Shown: piece after piece, positions 47,290-57,556 of the stretch
Position numbering within the stretch: the first letter of the stretch is position 1
How the letters are laid out: the number at the start of each line of letters is the position of its first letter
DNA from: Bacteroidales bacterium
Lineage (GTDB): Bacteria > Bacteroidota > Bacteroidia > Bacteroidales > GWA2-32-17
DNA length: 64,000 nt
Assembly (NCBI GenBank): GCA_013314715.1
Contig: JABUFC010000004.1
Coordinates: forward strand, 6,777 to 70,776
Direction of reading: 5' to 3'
Translations under genes and position numbers: made by a program
Notes under the pieces: generated by a model
The model's input: the letters and a program-made list of their open reading frames with translations, nothing else
Database searches by the model: none
Told to the model about the DNA's origin: nothing

Positions 47290-47724
47290 ATGAATTTTTC
47301 AAAAATAATCATTTTTTTTATTATTTCAGCTGTTATTTTAACCAATGATAGTTGTCGTAAAAAGGACGATGTTGTTCCTTATGTAAGGGTAAATTTTACC
47401 ATATTTTTAAGTGATCCTGATTTTAATACTCTCCAAACGGTTGGTAATAGTGTTTATGTTACGGGTGGTGTTTGTGGAATTATTATTTATCGAAGATCGC
47501 AAGATGAATTTTCTGCTATCGAGCGTTGTTGTTCTTATCATCCTTCCGATAGGTGTGCCGTTTTAGTGGATAGTACAAATACCAATGTACTTCAATGCAA
47601 ATGTTGTAATTCTAAATTTTCGATATGGGATGGATCTGTATTGTCGGGTGTGGCAACTCGTTCGCTTACAACGTATCAAACTCTATATGATTCAGAATAT
47701 AATTCGCTTAGGGTTTTTAATTAG
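47290..47724 (+). CDS. small lipoprotein with Rieske-like Cys/His pattern
   Basis: 144 aa with lipobox LTNDSC and the motif pair CCSYH ... CKCCNSKF...DG.V..G.A...L..Y, laid out like Rieske box I and box II. Confidence 0.45.
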   Translation: MNFSKIIIFFIISAVILTNDSCRKKDDVVPYVRVNFTIFLSDPDFNTLQTVGNSVYVTGGVCGIIIYRRSQDEFSAIERCCSYHPSDRCAVLVDSTNTNVLQCKCCNSKFSIWDGSVLSGVATRSLTTYQTLYDSEYNSLRVFN

Positions 47725-48745
47725 CTTCTAAAATTTTAAATAATTCGTCTAACTTTGGTGTTAAAATTATTTCGGTACGACGATTTTTTGCCCTTGCTTC
47801 AGCCGTTTTTGCATTTTCTAAAGGAAGATATTCGCCTCTCCCCACGGCCGATAATCGTTTAGGATCTATTTTTGAGTTATTTAATAAGATTTTTAAAACA
47901 GCTGTTGCACGTTTTGTACTTAAATCCCAATTATCTTCAACAGCTCCATTGCCTTTAAAAGGGACATCGTCGGTATGTCCTTCTATCATTATATTAACAT
48001 CGTTATTTTTTTCTAAAACAGCAGCCAAGTCTTTAATGGCTTTTTGACCTTTGGCATCAACTTCCCATTTGCCCGATTGGAAAAGTAATTTTTCTTCCAT
48101 CGAAACATAAACTTTGCCGTTTTTGTTTGTAACGGTTAAGCCATTGCCCTCATATCCTTTTAAGGCTTTAGCAACTTTTTCTTTAAGTGTTAAAACGGCG
48201 GAGTCTTTTTTATTCAAAATACCTTCGAGCTCAATGAGTCGTGCATTTTTCTTTTCGAGAAGTTCAGTTTTTGAATTTAATTCTGCTAAAAGCGAATCGA
48301 CATTGTATTTCTTTTTATTTATTTCTCTTTCCATAGCTTTTAGTTCATCTTCTTTCTTTAGGAGCGATTCCTGCAATTGTTGTAACTGTGTCAACAACTT
48401 TTGATTTTCGCTGGTATTTTCGAAATTTTTCTTTTTCAGCAAATTATTCAGTTCTTCGTTCAATTTAGTCATTCGGGTTAATTGCTCTGTTTGAGTTCTC
48501 ATGGCATAGCCTTTAGACGCTGTATCGAGGTTTAATTCGTTGATTTGTTTATTAAGTTTATCGATAAGAGTTTGCAATTCTGTTATTTTTTCGCTTAATT
48601 CTTTGTTCTGATTTTTTAAATATCCACGTTCGTCTTCGCATTGTTCGTTTTTCGATTTTAAGTCTTTATATTGTTTTAAAGGAACGCATGAGAATAAGCT
48701 TATAGTAGAAATAAAGATTAAGATAATAAATAAATTTTTTGTCAT
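47717..48745 (-). CDS. OmpA-family peptidoglycan-binding lipoprotein with long coiled coil
   Basis: 342 aa with lipobox SLFSC and about 170 aa of coiled coil. The C-terminal OmpA_C motifs are GHTDDVP, NWDLSTKRA and NRRTEII. Confidence 0.8.
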   Translation of the reverse strand: MTKNLFIILIFISTISLFSCVPLKQYKDLKSKNEQCEDERGYLKNQNKELSEKITELQTLIDKLNKQINELNLDTASKGYAMRTQTEQLTRMTKLNEELNNLLKKKNFENTSENQKLLTQLQQLQESLLKKEDELKAMEREINKKKYNVDSLLAELNSKTELLEKKNARLIELEGILNKKDSAVLTLKEKVAKALKGYEGNGLTVTNKNGKVYVSMEEKLLFQSGKWEVDAKGQKAIKDLAAVLEKNNDVNIMIEGHTDDVPFKGNGAVEDNWDLSTKRATAVLKILLNNSKIDPKRLSAVGRGEYLPLENAKTAEARAKNRRTEIILTPKLDELFKILEAN

Positions 48746-48838
48746 AATACAGCAGTTTTTGACAAAATTAACGTTTGTTCTTTATGAATAAAGAAAGCTA
48801 TGTAAAAACATTTCAACAATAAAATGTTAAAAAGAAAA

Positions 48839-49435
48839 TTAGTTTAATGATGGGTTAATAGGCACATTGAGCCAAAAATGATATTTTCGGTCGAGTTGAA
48901 TTACACTTCTTTTCCATAGCATACTTGGATCTTCTTCGAAAATATGGCTTATAGGAAAATGACTAACTAACCAATAGCCTTTTTGAAGTTCTTGGTTAAG
49001 TTGATTTTTGCTCCAGCCAGAATATCCAACAAAAAATCGGACGTTTGATTCGTTAATTTTATTATTTTTCATTAAGGTTAGTAATTCTTTTATGTCGCCT
49101 CCCCAGAAAAGTTCATTATTAATGGATTTTGAATTTTTGATAGGATATGATGAGCGGTATATGAAATGTACTGTATTAGTAGCAACGGGACCACCAATGT
49201 AAACGGGTGTAGAAAAACCTTTGAACATAGGTAGTAGTTGCGAAATTATGAATCCAGAAGCTTTATTTAAAACATATCCGATGGTGCCTTCTTCGTTGTG
49301 TTCAGTTAAAAGTACCACCGAGCGTCCAAAAATTCCGTCGTTTAGTAAGGGTTCAGAGATTAGGAACTTACCAACCGAAGGTTCAATATTGTGCTTAATA
49401 CTAAATATATTAGGAACCTTATTCATAGTTAGCAA
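48839..49435 (-). CDS. YqgE/AlgH family protein (UPF0301)
   Basis: 198 aa with F.RSVVLL.EHNEEGT.G.VLNK and GYSGW...QL..E. Confidence 0.8.
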   Translation of the reverse strand: MLTMNKVPNIFSIKHNIEPSVGKFLISEPLLNDGIFGRSVVLLTEHNEEGTIGYVLNKASGFIISQLLPMFKGFSTPVYIGGPVATNTVHFIYRSSYPIKNSKSINNELFWGGDIKELLTLMKNNKINESNVRFFVGYSGWSKNQLNQELQKGYWLVSHFPISHIFEEDPSMLWKRSVIQLDRKYHFWLNVPINPSLN

Positions 49436-49463
49436 TTTTAAGTTATTATTTGTAAGAATTTCG

Positions 49464-49471
49464 TATTTTTG
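49464..49471 (+). promoter_or_regulatory. -7 box TATTTTTG upstream of the polysaccharide export operon
   Basis: Matches TAnnTTTG 27 nt upstream of the ATG at 49498. Confidence 0.4.
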
Positions 49472-49497
49472 AAAATTATTTTAAACATTCTCTTTAT

Positions 49498-50283
49498 ATG
49501 CAATTATTTTGCCATAAATTAAATTTCTGTATTTTTGTCATAAGTGCAGTATTTTTATTTTCATGTACTTCGCAGAAAAAAATGATATATTTACAACATT
49601 TAAGCGAAACGGACAGTTTACTCCATAATTCTTATGGCGAAGAAACATACAGAATTCAACCTGGAGATGTGATATTTGTCCGCATATCAAGTTTAAATAA
49701 AGAGATTAACGAAATTTTTAATTCTTCCGATTTTGTAACTAGTTCATATATTAACGAAATTTCCTTGTATTACAAGGGCTATTTAGTTAGTGATGAAGGT
49801 AAAATAGAAATGCCTGTTTTAGGAAAAATTGATGTTGCCAATAAAACATTAAATGAGATTCAGCAATTGATTCAATATAAAACCATGGAGTATTTTAAAG
49901 AAGTATATGTAACAGTTAAATATGGTGGGTTTAAAGTTACTGTTTTAGGTGAAGTAAGACATCCCGGTGTTTTTTATTTTTACAATAACAAAATAACTTT
50001 ACTCGAAGCCTTAGGTCAAGCAGGCGATTTAAATGAGTTTGGAAATCGAGAAAACATTTTACTATTAAGAACAAGTAATAAAGGCATTGAAAATAAACGC
50101 ATCAATTTATTAGATAAAAATATTATTAAAAGTCCATATTTTTATTTACAACCTAACGATGTTATTTATGTTGAACCTATAAAAACTAAAGCCTGGAAAT
50201 TGAATTCGGCAAACGTTTCTATTATTCTTTCGTCAATAAGTACGCTTATATTAGTTATTAGTTTTGTTTTAAAAATTCAGTAA
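49498..50283 (+). CDS. polysaccharide export outer membrane protein (Wza-like)
   Basis: 261 aa with lipobox LFSC, a Poly_export motif YRIQPGDVIFV, and an SLBB-like VTVLGEVRHPG. Confidence 0.8.
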   Translation: MQLFCHKLNFCIFVISAVFLFSCTSQKKMIYLQHLSETDSLLHNSYGEETYRIQPGDVIFVRISSLNKEINEIFNSSDFVTSSYINEISLYYKGYLVSDEGKIEMPVLGKIDVANKTLNEIQQLIQYKTMEYFKEVYVTVKYGGFKVTVLGEVRHPGVFYFYNNKITLLEALGQAGDLNEFGNRENILLLRTSNKGIENKRINLLDKNIIKSPYFYLQPNDVIYVEPIKTKAWKLNSANVSIILSSISTLILVISFVLKIQ

Positions 50284-50286
50284 TTC

Positions 50287-52755
50287 ATGGATCCAAATAT
50301 TACACAACTGCAGCAACAGAATAATGAGAATATAGATATTCAGAAGTTCTTATTAAAAGTGCTGGCAAATTGGTATTGGTTTGCATTAACAGTTTTTATT
50401 GCCATTAGTATTGCCTATTTTGTAAATCGTTATTCCGATCCTGTATATAAGCAAAGTGCTTATGTTATGGTACAAGACAAAGAAAATACATTGTCGGGTG
50501 GTATTGAAAATATTTTAGAAGAACAAGGCATTATTCGCCGAACACGCAAAAAAGTTGTTGAAAACGAAATAGCTGTTATAAAGTCATATAAATTAGTTTA
50601 CGAAACCATAAAACAATTACCCGAATTTCAAATAAACTATTACTCTGTAGGACGTATTAGAACAGTAGAACGATATAAAAGTTGTCCATTTACTGTAATT
50701 ACAGATACTTCAAAAAATAATTTATATGGTGTTCCCATTTATGTTAAGTTGCTTAACAATAATGAATACATATTACAAATTGATAAAGATAAGATTTTAA
50801 ATAAAAAAATGAAGTATGGAGAATGGTATCGAAGTGAAAATTTTACTTTTTGTTTATTACTCAACGAAGGAATTGATTTAAAAACAGTCAACGAAAATCA
50901 ACGACAATACTTTTTTGTAATAAATGATATTAAAGAAGTAGTTAAAAATTATCGCAACAAAATATCAATTGCAACAACCGATAAAAAATCGACAGTTTTA
51001 GAAATATCGACTAATGGTTTAGTGCCGCAAAAAGAAGTAGATTTTATTAATAAGCTATTAGATGTTTATATTCAAAGTGGGCTTGCCGAAAAAAATCAGA
51101 TAGCTCAAAATACTATCAATTTTATTGATCAGCAGTTGCTCGAAATAACCGATTCGCTGCAAGTAAACGAAAATAATTTAAAGAATTTTCGTCAAAGCAA
51201 TAATTTAATAGATATATCTAAGGAAGGTAGTGCTTTATACGAACGTTTAACCGATATACAAAAGCAAAAAAGCAATTTGTTGGTAAAAAAAAGTTATTTA
51301 GAATATTTAAAAAAATATTTAAGCAGTAATTCTGATTTATCGCAAATTGTAATACCTTCATCGCTTGGTATAGACGATCCGGCACTGATGGAATTGATAA
51401 AGCAACTTATTAGCCTTTATCAGGAAAAAAATACATTTTTGATTACTGCAACTGAAAAAAATCCGGCATACGAAGCTGTAATGAACAAAATAGCTCAGAC
51501 TAAGAAGCTGCTATTGGAGAATAACGCTATGTTGCTTCGCTCCACAGAAATTAGCCTTACGGAAATAGATAATAATATTGCTAAAATAGAAGAAGGTTTT
51601 AAGCAATTGCCTGCAACCGAAAAAGAACTTATAAATATTCAACGAAAATACAAACTAAACGATCAGATTTATACATATTTGCTTACAAAAAGAGCCGAAG
51701 CAGGAATAGCTAAGGCTTCTAATATTCCAGACAATAAAATATTAGACTATGCTAATATAGATACAAAAGTACAAATATCTCCGAAGTATTCGCTTAATTA
51801 CATGATTGCCATAGTGTTAGGCATTTTATTTCCATTAATCGTGTTAGTTTTAATTGATTTTTTTAATACCACCATTACTGATATTAGCGAAATAGAATCG
51901 AAAATTAAAATTCCTATTATCGGTTTAATAGGTCATAATCATAAAAATCAAGATTTTGTGGTATTTCAATCGCCAAAATCAACCATAGCCGAATCGTTTA
52001 GAACCATTCGAACCAATATTCAATACCTTCATCCCGATAAAGAAATGTCGTCGCATGTAATTGCTATTACCTCTACCGTGAGCGAAGAGGGTAAAACATT
52101 TTGCGCTTTAAATATAGCTTCTGCACATGCACTTTTAGGTAAAAAAACCGTAATTTTGGGATTAGACCTCAGAAGACCAAGAATTCATGAAACCGTTAAT
52201 GTTAGCAATGTTATAGGTGTAAGTACATATTTACTCGGCTCAACTTCATTAGAAGAAATTATTATACAAACCACTCAAGATCATCTTTATTTTATCCCAA
52301 CAGGTCCAATTCCCCCTAATCCAGCCGAATTGCTTGAAAGTAAAAAAATGCAACAACTTATTGAAACGCTTCGTGGAATGTTTGAAATAATTGTTATAGA
52401 CACCCCACCTGTGGCTCTTGTTACCGATGCCTTATTAATATCGAGATATGCCGATACAAACATCTTTGTTATTAGACAAAACTATAGTAAAAAGAATGTT
52501 GTAGGATTCTTAAATACAATTAGCAAAAGTTATAGTCACACTTTACTAACCTTGTTGATAAATGACGTAAAAATAAATTCATATTATGGAAGAGGCTATA
52601 ATTATTATAGTTCATATGGATACGGATACGGATATGGTTATGGCTATAAAAAAACAGGCTATTACGACGATGAAGAAGATTTTGAACCTAAATTTACCTT
52701 AAAACGATTATGGACTATTTTGTTTCCATTTAAAATAACAACTAGAAAAAAATAA
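50287..52755 (+). CDS. polysaccharide co-polymerase / tyrosine autokinase (Wzc-like)
   Basis: 822 aa with an N-terminal Wzz-type domain carrying two TM helices and a periplasmic coiled coil. Kinase Walker A is TSTVSEEGKTF and Walker B is IIVIDTPP. It has a C-terminal Tyr cluster YYGRGYNYYSSYGYGYGYGYGYKKTGYY. Confidence 0.85.
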   Translation: MDPNITQLQQQNNENIDIQKFLLKVLANWYWFALTVFIAISIAYFVNRYSDPVYKQSAYVMVQDKENTLSGGIENILEEQGIIRRTRKKVVENEIAVIKSYKLVYETIKQLPEFQINYYSVGRIRTVERYKSCPFTVITDTSKNNLYGVPIYVKLLNNNEYILQIDKDKILNKKMKYGEWYRSENFTFCLLLNEGIDLKTVNENQRQYFFVINDIKEVVKNYRNKISIATTDKKSTVLEISTNGLVPQKEVDFINKLLDVYIQSGLAEKNQIAQNTINFIDQQLLEITDSLQVNENNLKNFRQSNNLIDISKEGSALYERLTDIQKQKSNLLVKKSYLEYLKKYLSSNSDLSQIVIPSSLGIDDPALMELIKQLISLYQEKNTFLITATEKNPAYEAVMNKIAQTKKLLLENNAMLLRSTEISLTEIDNNIAKIEEGFKQLPATEKELINIQRKYKLNDQIYTYLLTKRAEAGIAKASNIPDNKILDYANIDTKVQISPKYSLNYMIAIVLGILFPLIVLVLIDFFNTTITDISEIESKIKIPIIGLIGHNHKNQDFVVFQSPKSTIAESFRTIRTNIQYLHPDKEMSSHVIAITSTVSEEGKTFCALNIASAHALLGKKTVILGLDLRRPRIHETVNVSNVIGVSTYLLGSTSLEEIIIQTTQDHLYFIPTGPIPPNPAELLESKKMQQLIETLRGMFEIIVIDTPPVALVTDALLISRYADTNIFVIRQNYSKKNVVGFLNTISKSYSHTLLTLLINDVKINSYYGRGYNYYSSYGYGYGYGYGYKKTGYYDDEEDFEPKFTLKRLWTILFPFKITTRKK

Positions 52756-52782
52756 TTATATTTGTACCAAATATCGCTATCT

Positions 52783-53439
52783 ATGAATACTATTAACGTA
52801 TATCTGGTTGATGACCACGAAATATTTAGAAAAGGTTTAAAGTTACTCCTACAAGAAGTATCTTTTGTAAATATTATTGGAGAAGCTGCTTATGGTGATC
52901 AGTTTTTAATAGAACTTCAAAAAGTTCAGCCAGATGTAGTATTTATGGATATAAAAATGCCGGGTTTAAATGGAATAGAAACTACAAAAAAAGCATTAGA
53001 AAAATATCCGGATCTTAAAATTGTGGCTTTGAGTATGTATGGCGACGAAGAACATTTACAGGCAATGCTTGATGCTGGTGCTAAGGGATTCTTACTCAAA
53101 AATGCCTCAAAAGAAGATTTAGAGCGTGCTATTATTACCGTCATGAATGGTAAAAATTATTTTTCAGAAGATTTAATTTCATTGCTAGCAAGTTTATATA
53201 TTACACAAAAGCAATTAAAGGATACCGAAAAAGAAATACCTAAGTTTTCCGAACGAGAACTTGAGGTTTTAGAACTTATTTGTAAAGGCTATACGAGCGT
53301 TGAAATTGGTGAAATGCTTGGATTAAGCAACCGTACGGTAGATGGACATCGTGCTATTATGATGGAAAAAATTGGGGCAAAAAATACAGTACAATTGGTT
53401 ACGTTTGCTATAAAGAATAAACTAGTTAATATTTACTAG
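52783..53439 (+). CDS. NarL/LuxR-family response regulator
   Basis: REC (VYLVDDHEIF, VVFMDIKMPG) plus HTH (LSERELEVLELICKGYTSVEIGEMLGLSNRTVDGHR). The track TTG start at 52762 was trimmed to the ATG at 52783. Confidence 0.85.
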   Translation: MNTINVYLVDDHEIFRKGLKLLLQEVSFVNIIGEAAYGDQFLIELQKVQPDVVFMDIKMPGLNGIETTKKALEKYPDLKIVALSMYGDEEHLQAMLDAGAKGFLLKNASKEDLERAIITVMNGKNYFSEDLISLLASLYITQKQLKDTEKEIPKFSERELEVLELICKGYTSVEIGEMLGLSNRTVDGHRAIMMEKIGAKNTVQLVTFAIKNKLVNIY

Positions 53440-55091
53440 TTTGAAAGAACTTTCTTGTAAGCATCAGGATTGTTTAGAATTTCTTTGGCTTTAAACATAA
53501 CAGGATCGTTTCGTAACATGGCTAATATTCTTCCTTTTTGAAAGTAATAACGTTCGGCAATTTCTTCAAAAAGTAATTGTTTAATTTCTGTTTCAAATAA
53601 CTTAAAATCGTTTTGTTTGGTGAGTTCTATTTCTTTTTTTAAATGTTCTACGTCAGTTTTTGCAATATCGTAATATTTGTCTTTTCTGAGCGATTCTGCT
53701 AATTCTTCAATCAGTTCTTCGCTTTGAGTGGTATAACTAAATTTTTTTAACGACGCAAAAGCAATAAAATCTTGGTATATTTTATCATTAATAATAATGT
53801 TATTTAATCCATTCATGGAGGGATAAGTAGCATAAAATTGATTAGCAAAGTCGAAAATAATATGGTTTTCGATTAATGCCATTGCAATAGGACTAAGTTC
53901 TTCGGGTTGTACTTCTTTGTCGGGTGCAATACCACCGCCATCAAAAACCGTTCGGCCAATTTTTGTTTTAAATGGGTGCATAAGTGAATCGGGTATTTTT
54001 CCAACGCTTCCATCGGGATTGCGATGCGAATAATCAATGGCCTGAATACATCTGCCTGAGGGTGTATAGTATTTTGCAGTGGTTATTTTAAGTTTTGCGT
54101 TGTAGCTTAAATCGCGTGTAGTTTGTACAAGCCCTTTACCAAATGTGCGTTGGCCTATTACCACACCACGATCGAGGTCTTGCATTGCACCAGCTATAAT
54201 TTCTGAAGCAGAGGCAGAGCCACTATTGGTTAATATGGCAATAGGAATTTCGATGTCGAGCGGTTGAATAGTTGAATAATAGTCTTTGTCCCAATCTTTA
54301 ACACGACCTTTGGTGCTAACAATGAGTGTACCTTTAGGAACAAACAGACTCATAAGGTTTACAGCTTCCATTAATAAGCCACCCGGATTGCCGCGTAAGT
54401 CAAGTATGAGTTTTTTTGCCCCTTTTTCTTTTAGTTCTTTAAATGCATTTGCTACTTCAGTAGATGCATTTTCGGTGAAATTTGCTAAATAAATATACCC
54501 TATGTTGTCGTCTATTAGACCATAATAAGGGACATTCTTTATTTTAATTTCTTCTCGTTTAATTTTTTTAATTTCGATGATATTAGAAACAGCTTTTTTT
54601 ACTTTAATGGTTATTTCAGAATTGGGTTGTCCTTTGAGCCATTCGCTTATTTCGCTAACATTTTTTCCTTGTACACTTTTGCCATCTATTTCAAGAATAA
54701 CATCGCCGGGTGATAAATTACTTTTTTGAGCTGGATAACCTTCGTAGGTTTCCGAAATCATAATCTCTTTATCGCGTTGCATAATGATAGCACCAACGCC
54801 TCCGTATTGACCTGTAGTCATAAAACGAAAATCTTCAATTTGCGATTCGGGTATGTATATGGTATAGGGGTCGAGGGTGCTGAGCATGGCATCGATACTT
54901 TTTTTTATGACTTCAGAAGGTTTAATTTCATCGACATAATAAACATTTAATTCACGGAATAATGAGTAATAAATGTCAAGATTTTTTACTATTTCAAAAT
55001 CGACATCATCGTTAAAAGCGAAAAAAACAGGAAATGATAAGACAATAAAGCTACCAATAATCCATTTTTTAATTTTACTTATTTTTTTCAT
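53436..55091 (-). CDS. S41 family C-terminal processing peptidase with PDZ domain
   Basis: PDZ (GDVILEIDG), LDLRGNPGG, catalytic SASASEI and GQRTFGKG. The track GTG start at 55127 was trimmed to the ATG at 55091 (MKKISKIKKW, signal anchor). Confidence 0.85.
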   Translation of the reverse strand: MKKISKIKKWIIGSFIVLSFPVFFAFNDDVDFEIVKNLDIYYSLFRELNVYYVDEIKPSEVIKKSIDAMLSTLDPYTIYIPESQIEDFRFMTTGQYGGVGAIIMQRDKEIMISETYEGYPAQKSNLSPGDVILEIDGKSVQGKNVSEISEWLKGQPNSEITIKVKKAVSNIIEIKKIKREEIKIKNVPYYGLIDDNIGYIYLANFTENASTEVANAFKELKEKGAKKLILDLRGNPGGLLMEAVNLMSLFVPKGTLIVSTKGRVKDWDKDYYSTIQPLDIEIPIAILTNSGSASASEIIAGAMQDLDRGVVIGQRTFGKGLVQTTRDLSYNAKLKITTAKYYTPSGRCIQAIDYSHRNPDGSVGKIPDSLMHPFKTKIGRTVFDGGGIAPDKEVQPEELSPIAMALIENHIIFDFANQFYATYPSMNGLNNIIINDKIYQDFIAFASLKKFSYTTQSEELIEELAESLRKDKYYDIAKTDVEHLKKEIELTKQNDFKLFETEIKQLLFEEIAERYYFQKGRILAMLRNDPVMFKAKEILNNPDAYKKVLSN

Positions 55092-55104
55092 ATTTTGGTA
55101 TATT

Positions 55105-55323
55105 TTATGGTACGGGGTCGTAGCCACTACCGCCCCATGGGTTACAGCTAATAATTCTTTTTAAAGCAAGCCATCCACCTTTTAAAGGTCCGTGTTTTTG
55201 TATCGCTTCAATGGCATATGTTGAACAGCTTGGAGTGTATCGGCAAGAGTTTGGAAGAATGGGTGAAATGAAAAGTTTATAAAACTTTACCATGCCAATA
55301 AATATGAAACTTAATATTTTCAT
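55105..55323 (-). CDS. yidD: membrane protein insertion efficiency factor
   Basis: 72 aa with [19 protein letters not shown] and NPWGG motifs. It overlaps the rnpA stop by 4 nt. Confidence 0.88.
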   Translation of the reverse strand: MKILSFIFIGMVKFYKLFISPILPNSCRYTPSCSTYAIEAIQKHGPLKGGWLALKRIISCNPWGGSGYDPVP

Positions 55324-55712
55324 GGAAGCGTCGGTAAGTGGTTGGTATATTTTTCTTGAATTTGTTGTAAAAGTACTAATAAAACTGACTCCATTTGCTT
55401 ATAGGTAACCATTTCATTTGTTAAAAAAACAAAAGTAATATAAATGCTTTGTTCAGAAAGTGATTGATGTAATAGATATTTGTTTTTTCTATAAATTTCG
55501 CGCATTATGCGTTTGAGATAGTTACGTTTTACTGCTTTTTTATGTTTCTTAGCAGGAACCGTAAAAGCAACTTTTATTTCAGGTTTTTCTGAATTTATGA
55601 ATAAATATTGTGCTTTTAAGAACGAATAATGAAGTGCTTTACCTTTAGTAAAAATTAAATCAAATTCTTTTTTTTTACAAAGACGTTCTTTTTTAGGAAA
55701 AGAAGCATCCAT
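55320..55712 (-). CDS. rnpA: ribonuclease P protein component
   Basis: 130 aa and basic, with the RNR-like region [13 protein letters not shown]. It is directly upstream of yidD. Confidence 0.8.
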   Translation of the reverse strand: MDASFPKKERLCKKKEFDLIFTKGKALHYSFLKAQYLFINSEKPEIKVAFTVPAKKHKKAVKRNYLKRIMREIYRKNKYLLHQSLSEQSIYITFVFLTNEMVTYKQMESVLLVLLQQIQEKYTNHLPTLP

Positions 55713-55725
55713 ACAAAGGTGCTCC

Positions 55726-56487
55726 TTATTTACTTTGTTTTAAACATTTTTTTATAAAAGCATCGATTGCCGCTGTTATGGAAGGAAATTCTTTTGTGGG
55801 CGATTCTATTTGAACATTTAATCCTTTTTCGCGAGCATACTGAGAAGTTACAACACCAGAAGTTCCAATAATAATATCGCCTTGCTTAAAATCAGGAAAA
55901 TTTTCGAACAATGAATTGATGCCGGCAGGAGTAAAGAATACAATAATTTGATAATCGTTTAAATTAACTTGTTTCATATCGCTACTAACAGTTCGAGATA
56001 GAACTACCGTAGTGTAGTTAATATTAAAGTTTTTTAGAGCATCGAGTGTAGAAGCTTTATGAGGCTCTGTTATGGGTATAATAAAATTACAATCTTTATT
56101 TTTTAAAAAAGCATCTTTTAGATCTTCGAAAGTATTATTGCCATAAAAAATTTTGCGTTTTCTAAACACAACATACTTTTGTAAGTAAAAAGCAGTAGCT
56201 TCGTTGATGCAGAAATATTTTGTTGTTTCGGGAATCGTGATTCGCATTTCTTCGCTCATTTTGAAGAAATTATCGACATGTAGTTTGCTTGTAAAAATAA
56301 CTGCATTGTAATCGTTAAGGTTAATGTGTTGTTGACGAAATTCACGAGGAGTAATCGGCTCAACATGAATGAATGGTTTAAAGTCGATTTTAACATTATA
56401 TTTATTTACAAGTTCCGAATATGGAGACTTGTCATTTTGAGGCTGAGGTTGCGAAATAAGAATTTTTTGTATTTTCAAGGCAGCCAA
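55726..56487 (-). CDS. hemD: uroporphyrinogen-III synthase
   Basis: 253 aa. ILISQPQP...SPY..L...Y.VKIDF.PFI.VE and VIFTS patterns are typical of Bacteroidota HemD. Confidence 0.7.
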   Translation of the reverse strand: MAALKIQKILISQPQPQNDKSPYSELVNKYNVKIDFKPFIHVEPITPREFRQQHINLNDYNAVIFTSKLHVDNFFKMSEEMRITIPETTKYFCINEATAFYLQKYVVFRKRKIFYGNNTFEDLKDAFLKNKDCNFIIPITEPHKASTLDALKNFNINYTTVVLSRTVSSDMKQVNLNDYQIIVFFTPAGINSLFENFPDFKQGDIIIGTSGVVTSQYAREKGLNVQIESPTKEFPSITAAIDAFIKKCLKQSK

Positions 56488-56505
56488 ATTTTAGTTTATA
56501 AATCA

Positions 56506-57342
56506 TTATACCAACATTATCAGTACTTTAAGACTGTATAATAATGGTATAATTTCAACGGTGCAAAGGTACAAAAAAATATATAAATATGAAAATCTCA
56601 TTTGACGACTTAAAAAAAGTCCCCTATATATTCTCATGAGAGTAAGTAAAATGAAAACTATCCACATAAAAATGAATAAGTATTTTAGAGCATACACTTG
56701 TATAAAAAATAATACGATGCTTAAGGGGGTAAATATCAAAGAAATATTTCTATAAAAAACGGAAAAATGTGAGAGAATTAGTTTTGTTTCGGTAATGGTG
56801 TCGGTTAGATAACCTAAAAACAAAAATAGGGCAACTTTTATCGTGTAAAATAATGCTACAAATATAAAAATATATAAATACAATAATGTATGAATGTTAG
56901 CAGGTGATATGTAAAAAATAAAAGCGGTAAGAAATAAAGAAAAGCTAAACAAAAATAAAATGAGTAAAAACCAAGACGATTTTTGCATAATACCGCTTTT
57001 TTTATCAACTAGTTGTCGAGCATATTGAAAATTATAAATTGAAGTTAAAAGTCTTTTTATTACTTGTGGAAATTGTACTCTAATGTAAGTAAGCCATATA
57101 AGCATTGTAAGCCCTAAAAAAAATACTCCATTATGATGGAAAAGTGTATGACTGTTTTCGGCATTATTGTAATGAGGCAATAAAGTATGAGCTTGTGGAT
57201 AATGTTCGGTATATTGTTTTGGGTTTATTTTTAAAATGTTTTGAGCAAATAGATTAGGTATAGTTTGTGAGGGAGTATTAATAAGCGAATCGTAATTATA
57301 TAAAGGTTTTATGTAACTATTGTAAAGCATTACAACATTCAA
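56506..57342 (-). CDS. DUF4271-like polytopic membrane protein
   Basis: 278 aa with about 6 TM helices. Its position next to hemD is conserved in Bacteroidota; the family call is from memory. Confidence 0.5.
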   Translation of the reverse strand: MNVVMLYNSYIKPLYNYDSLINTPSQTIPNLFAQNILKINPKQYTEHYPQAHTLLPHYNNAENSHTLFHHNGVFFLGLTMLIWLTYIRVQFPQVIKRLLTSIYNFQYARQLVDKKSGIMQKSSWFLLILFLFSFSLFLTAFIFYISPANIHTLLYLYIFIFVALFYTIKVALFLFLGYLTDTITETKLILSHFSVFYRNISLIFTPLSIVLFFIQVYALKYLFIFMWIVFILLTLMRIYRGLFLSRQMRFSYLYIFLYLCTVEIIPLLYSLKVLIMLV

Positions 57343-57432
57343 TTTGTGATTACAAAGTTAATTATTAAATAGGTATGTTTTGCCTTGTTTAAAAAAATAT
57401 TGACTATAATTGTATAGTTGTAAAAAAATATT

Positions 57433-57440
57433 TAACTTTG
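57433..57440 (+). promoter_or_regulatory. -7 box TAACTTTG for tRNA-Cys
   Basis: Matches TAnnTTTG and ends 10 nt before the first tRNA nucleotide. Confidence 0.5.
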
Positions 57441-57450
57441 CAGTCGTTAA

Positions 57451-57521
57451 GGTCTCTTGGCCGAGTGGTTAGGCATCGGTCTGCAAAACCGGCTACAGCG
57501 GTTCGAATCCGCTAGAGACCT
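57451..57521 (+). tRNA. tRNA-Cys (anticodon GCA)
   Basis: GGTCTCTTGGCCGAGTGGTTAGGCATCGGTCTGCAAAACCGGCTACAGCGGTTCGAATCCGCTAGAGACCT. Acceptor is GGTCTCT/AGAGACC, anticodon stem TCGGT/ACCGG, loop CTGCAAA, and T-arm AGCGG-TTCGAAT-CCGCT. No CCA is encoded. Confidence 0.9.
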
Positions 57522-57528
57522 CTTAAAA

Positions 57529-57556
57529 GCATCTCAGTTTTAGGGATGTTTTTTTT
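57529..57556 (+). terminator. rho-independent terminator after tRNA-Cys
   Basis: Stem GCATCTC / GGGATGT with a 7-nt loop followed by a run of T. It abuts the stop of the convergent radical SAM gene. Confidence 0.5.
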
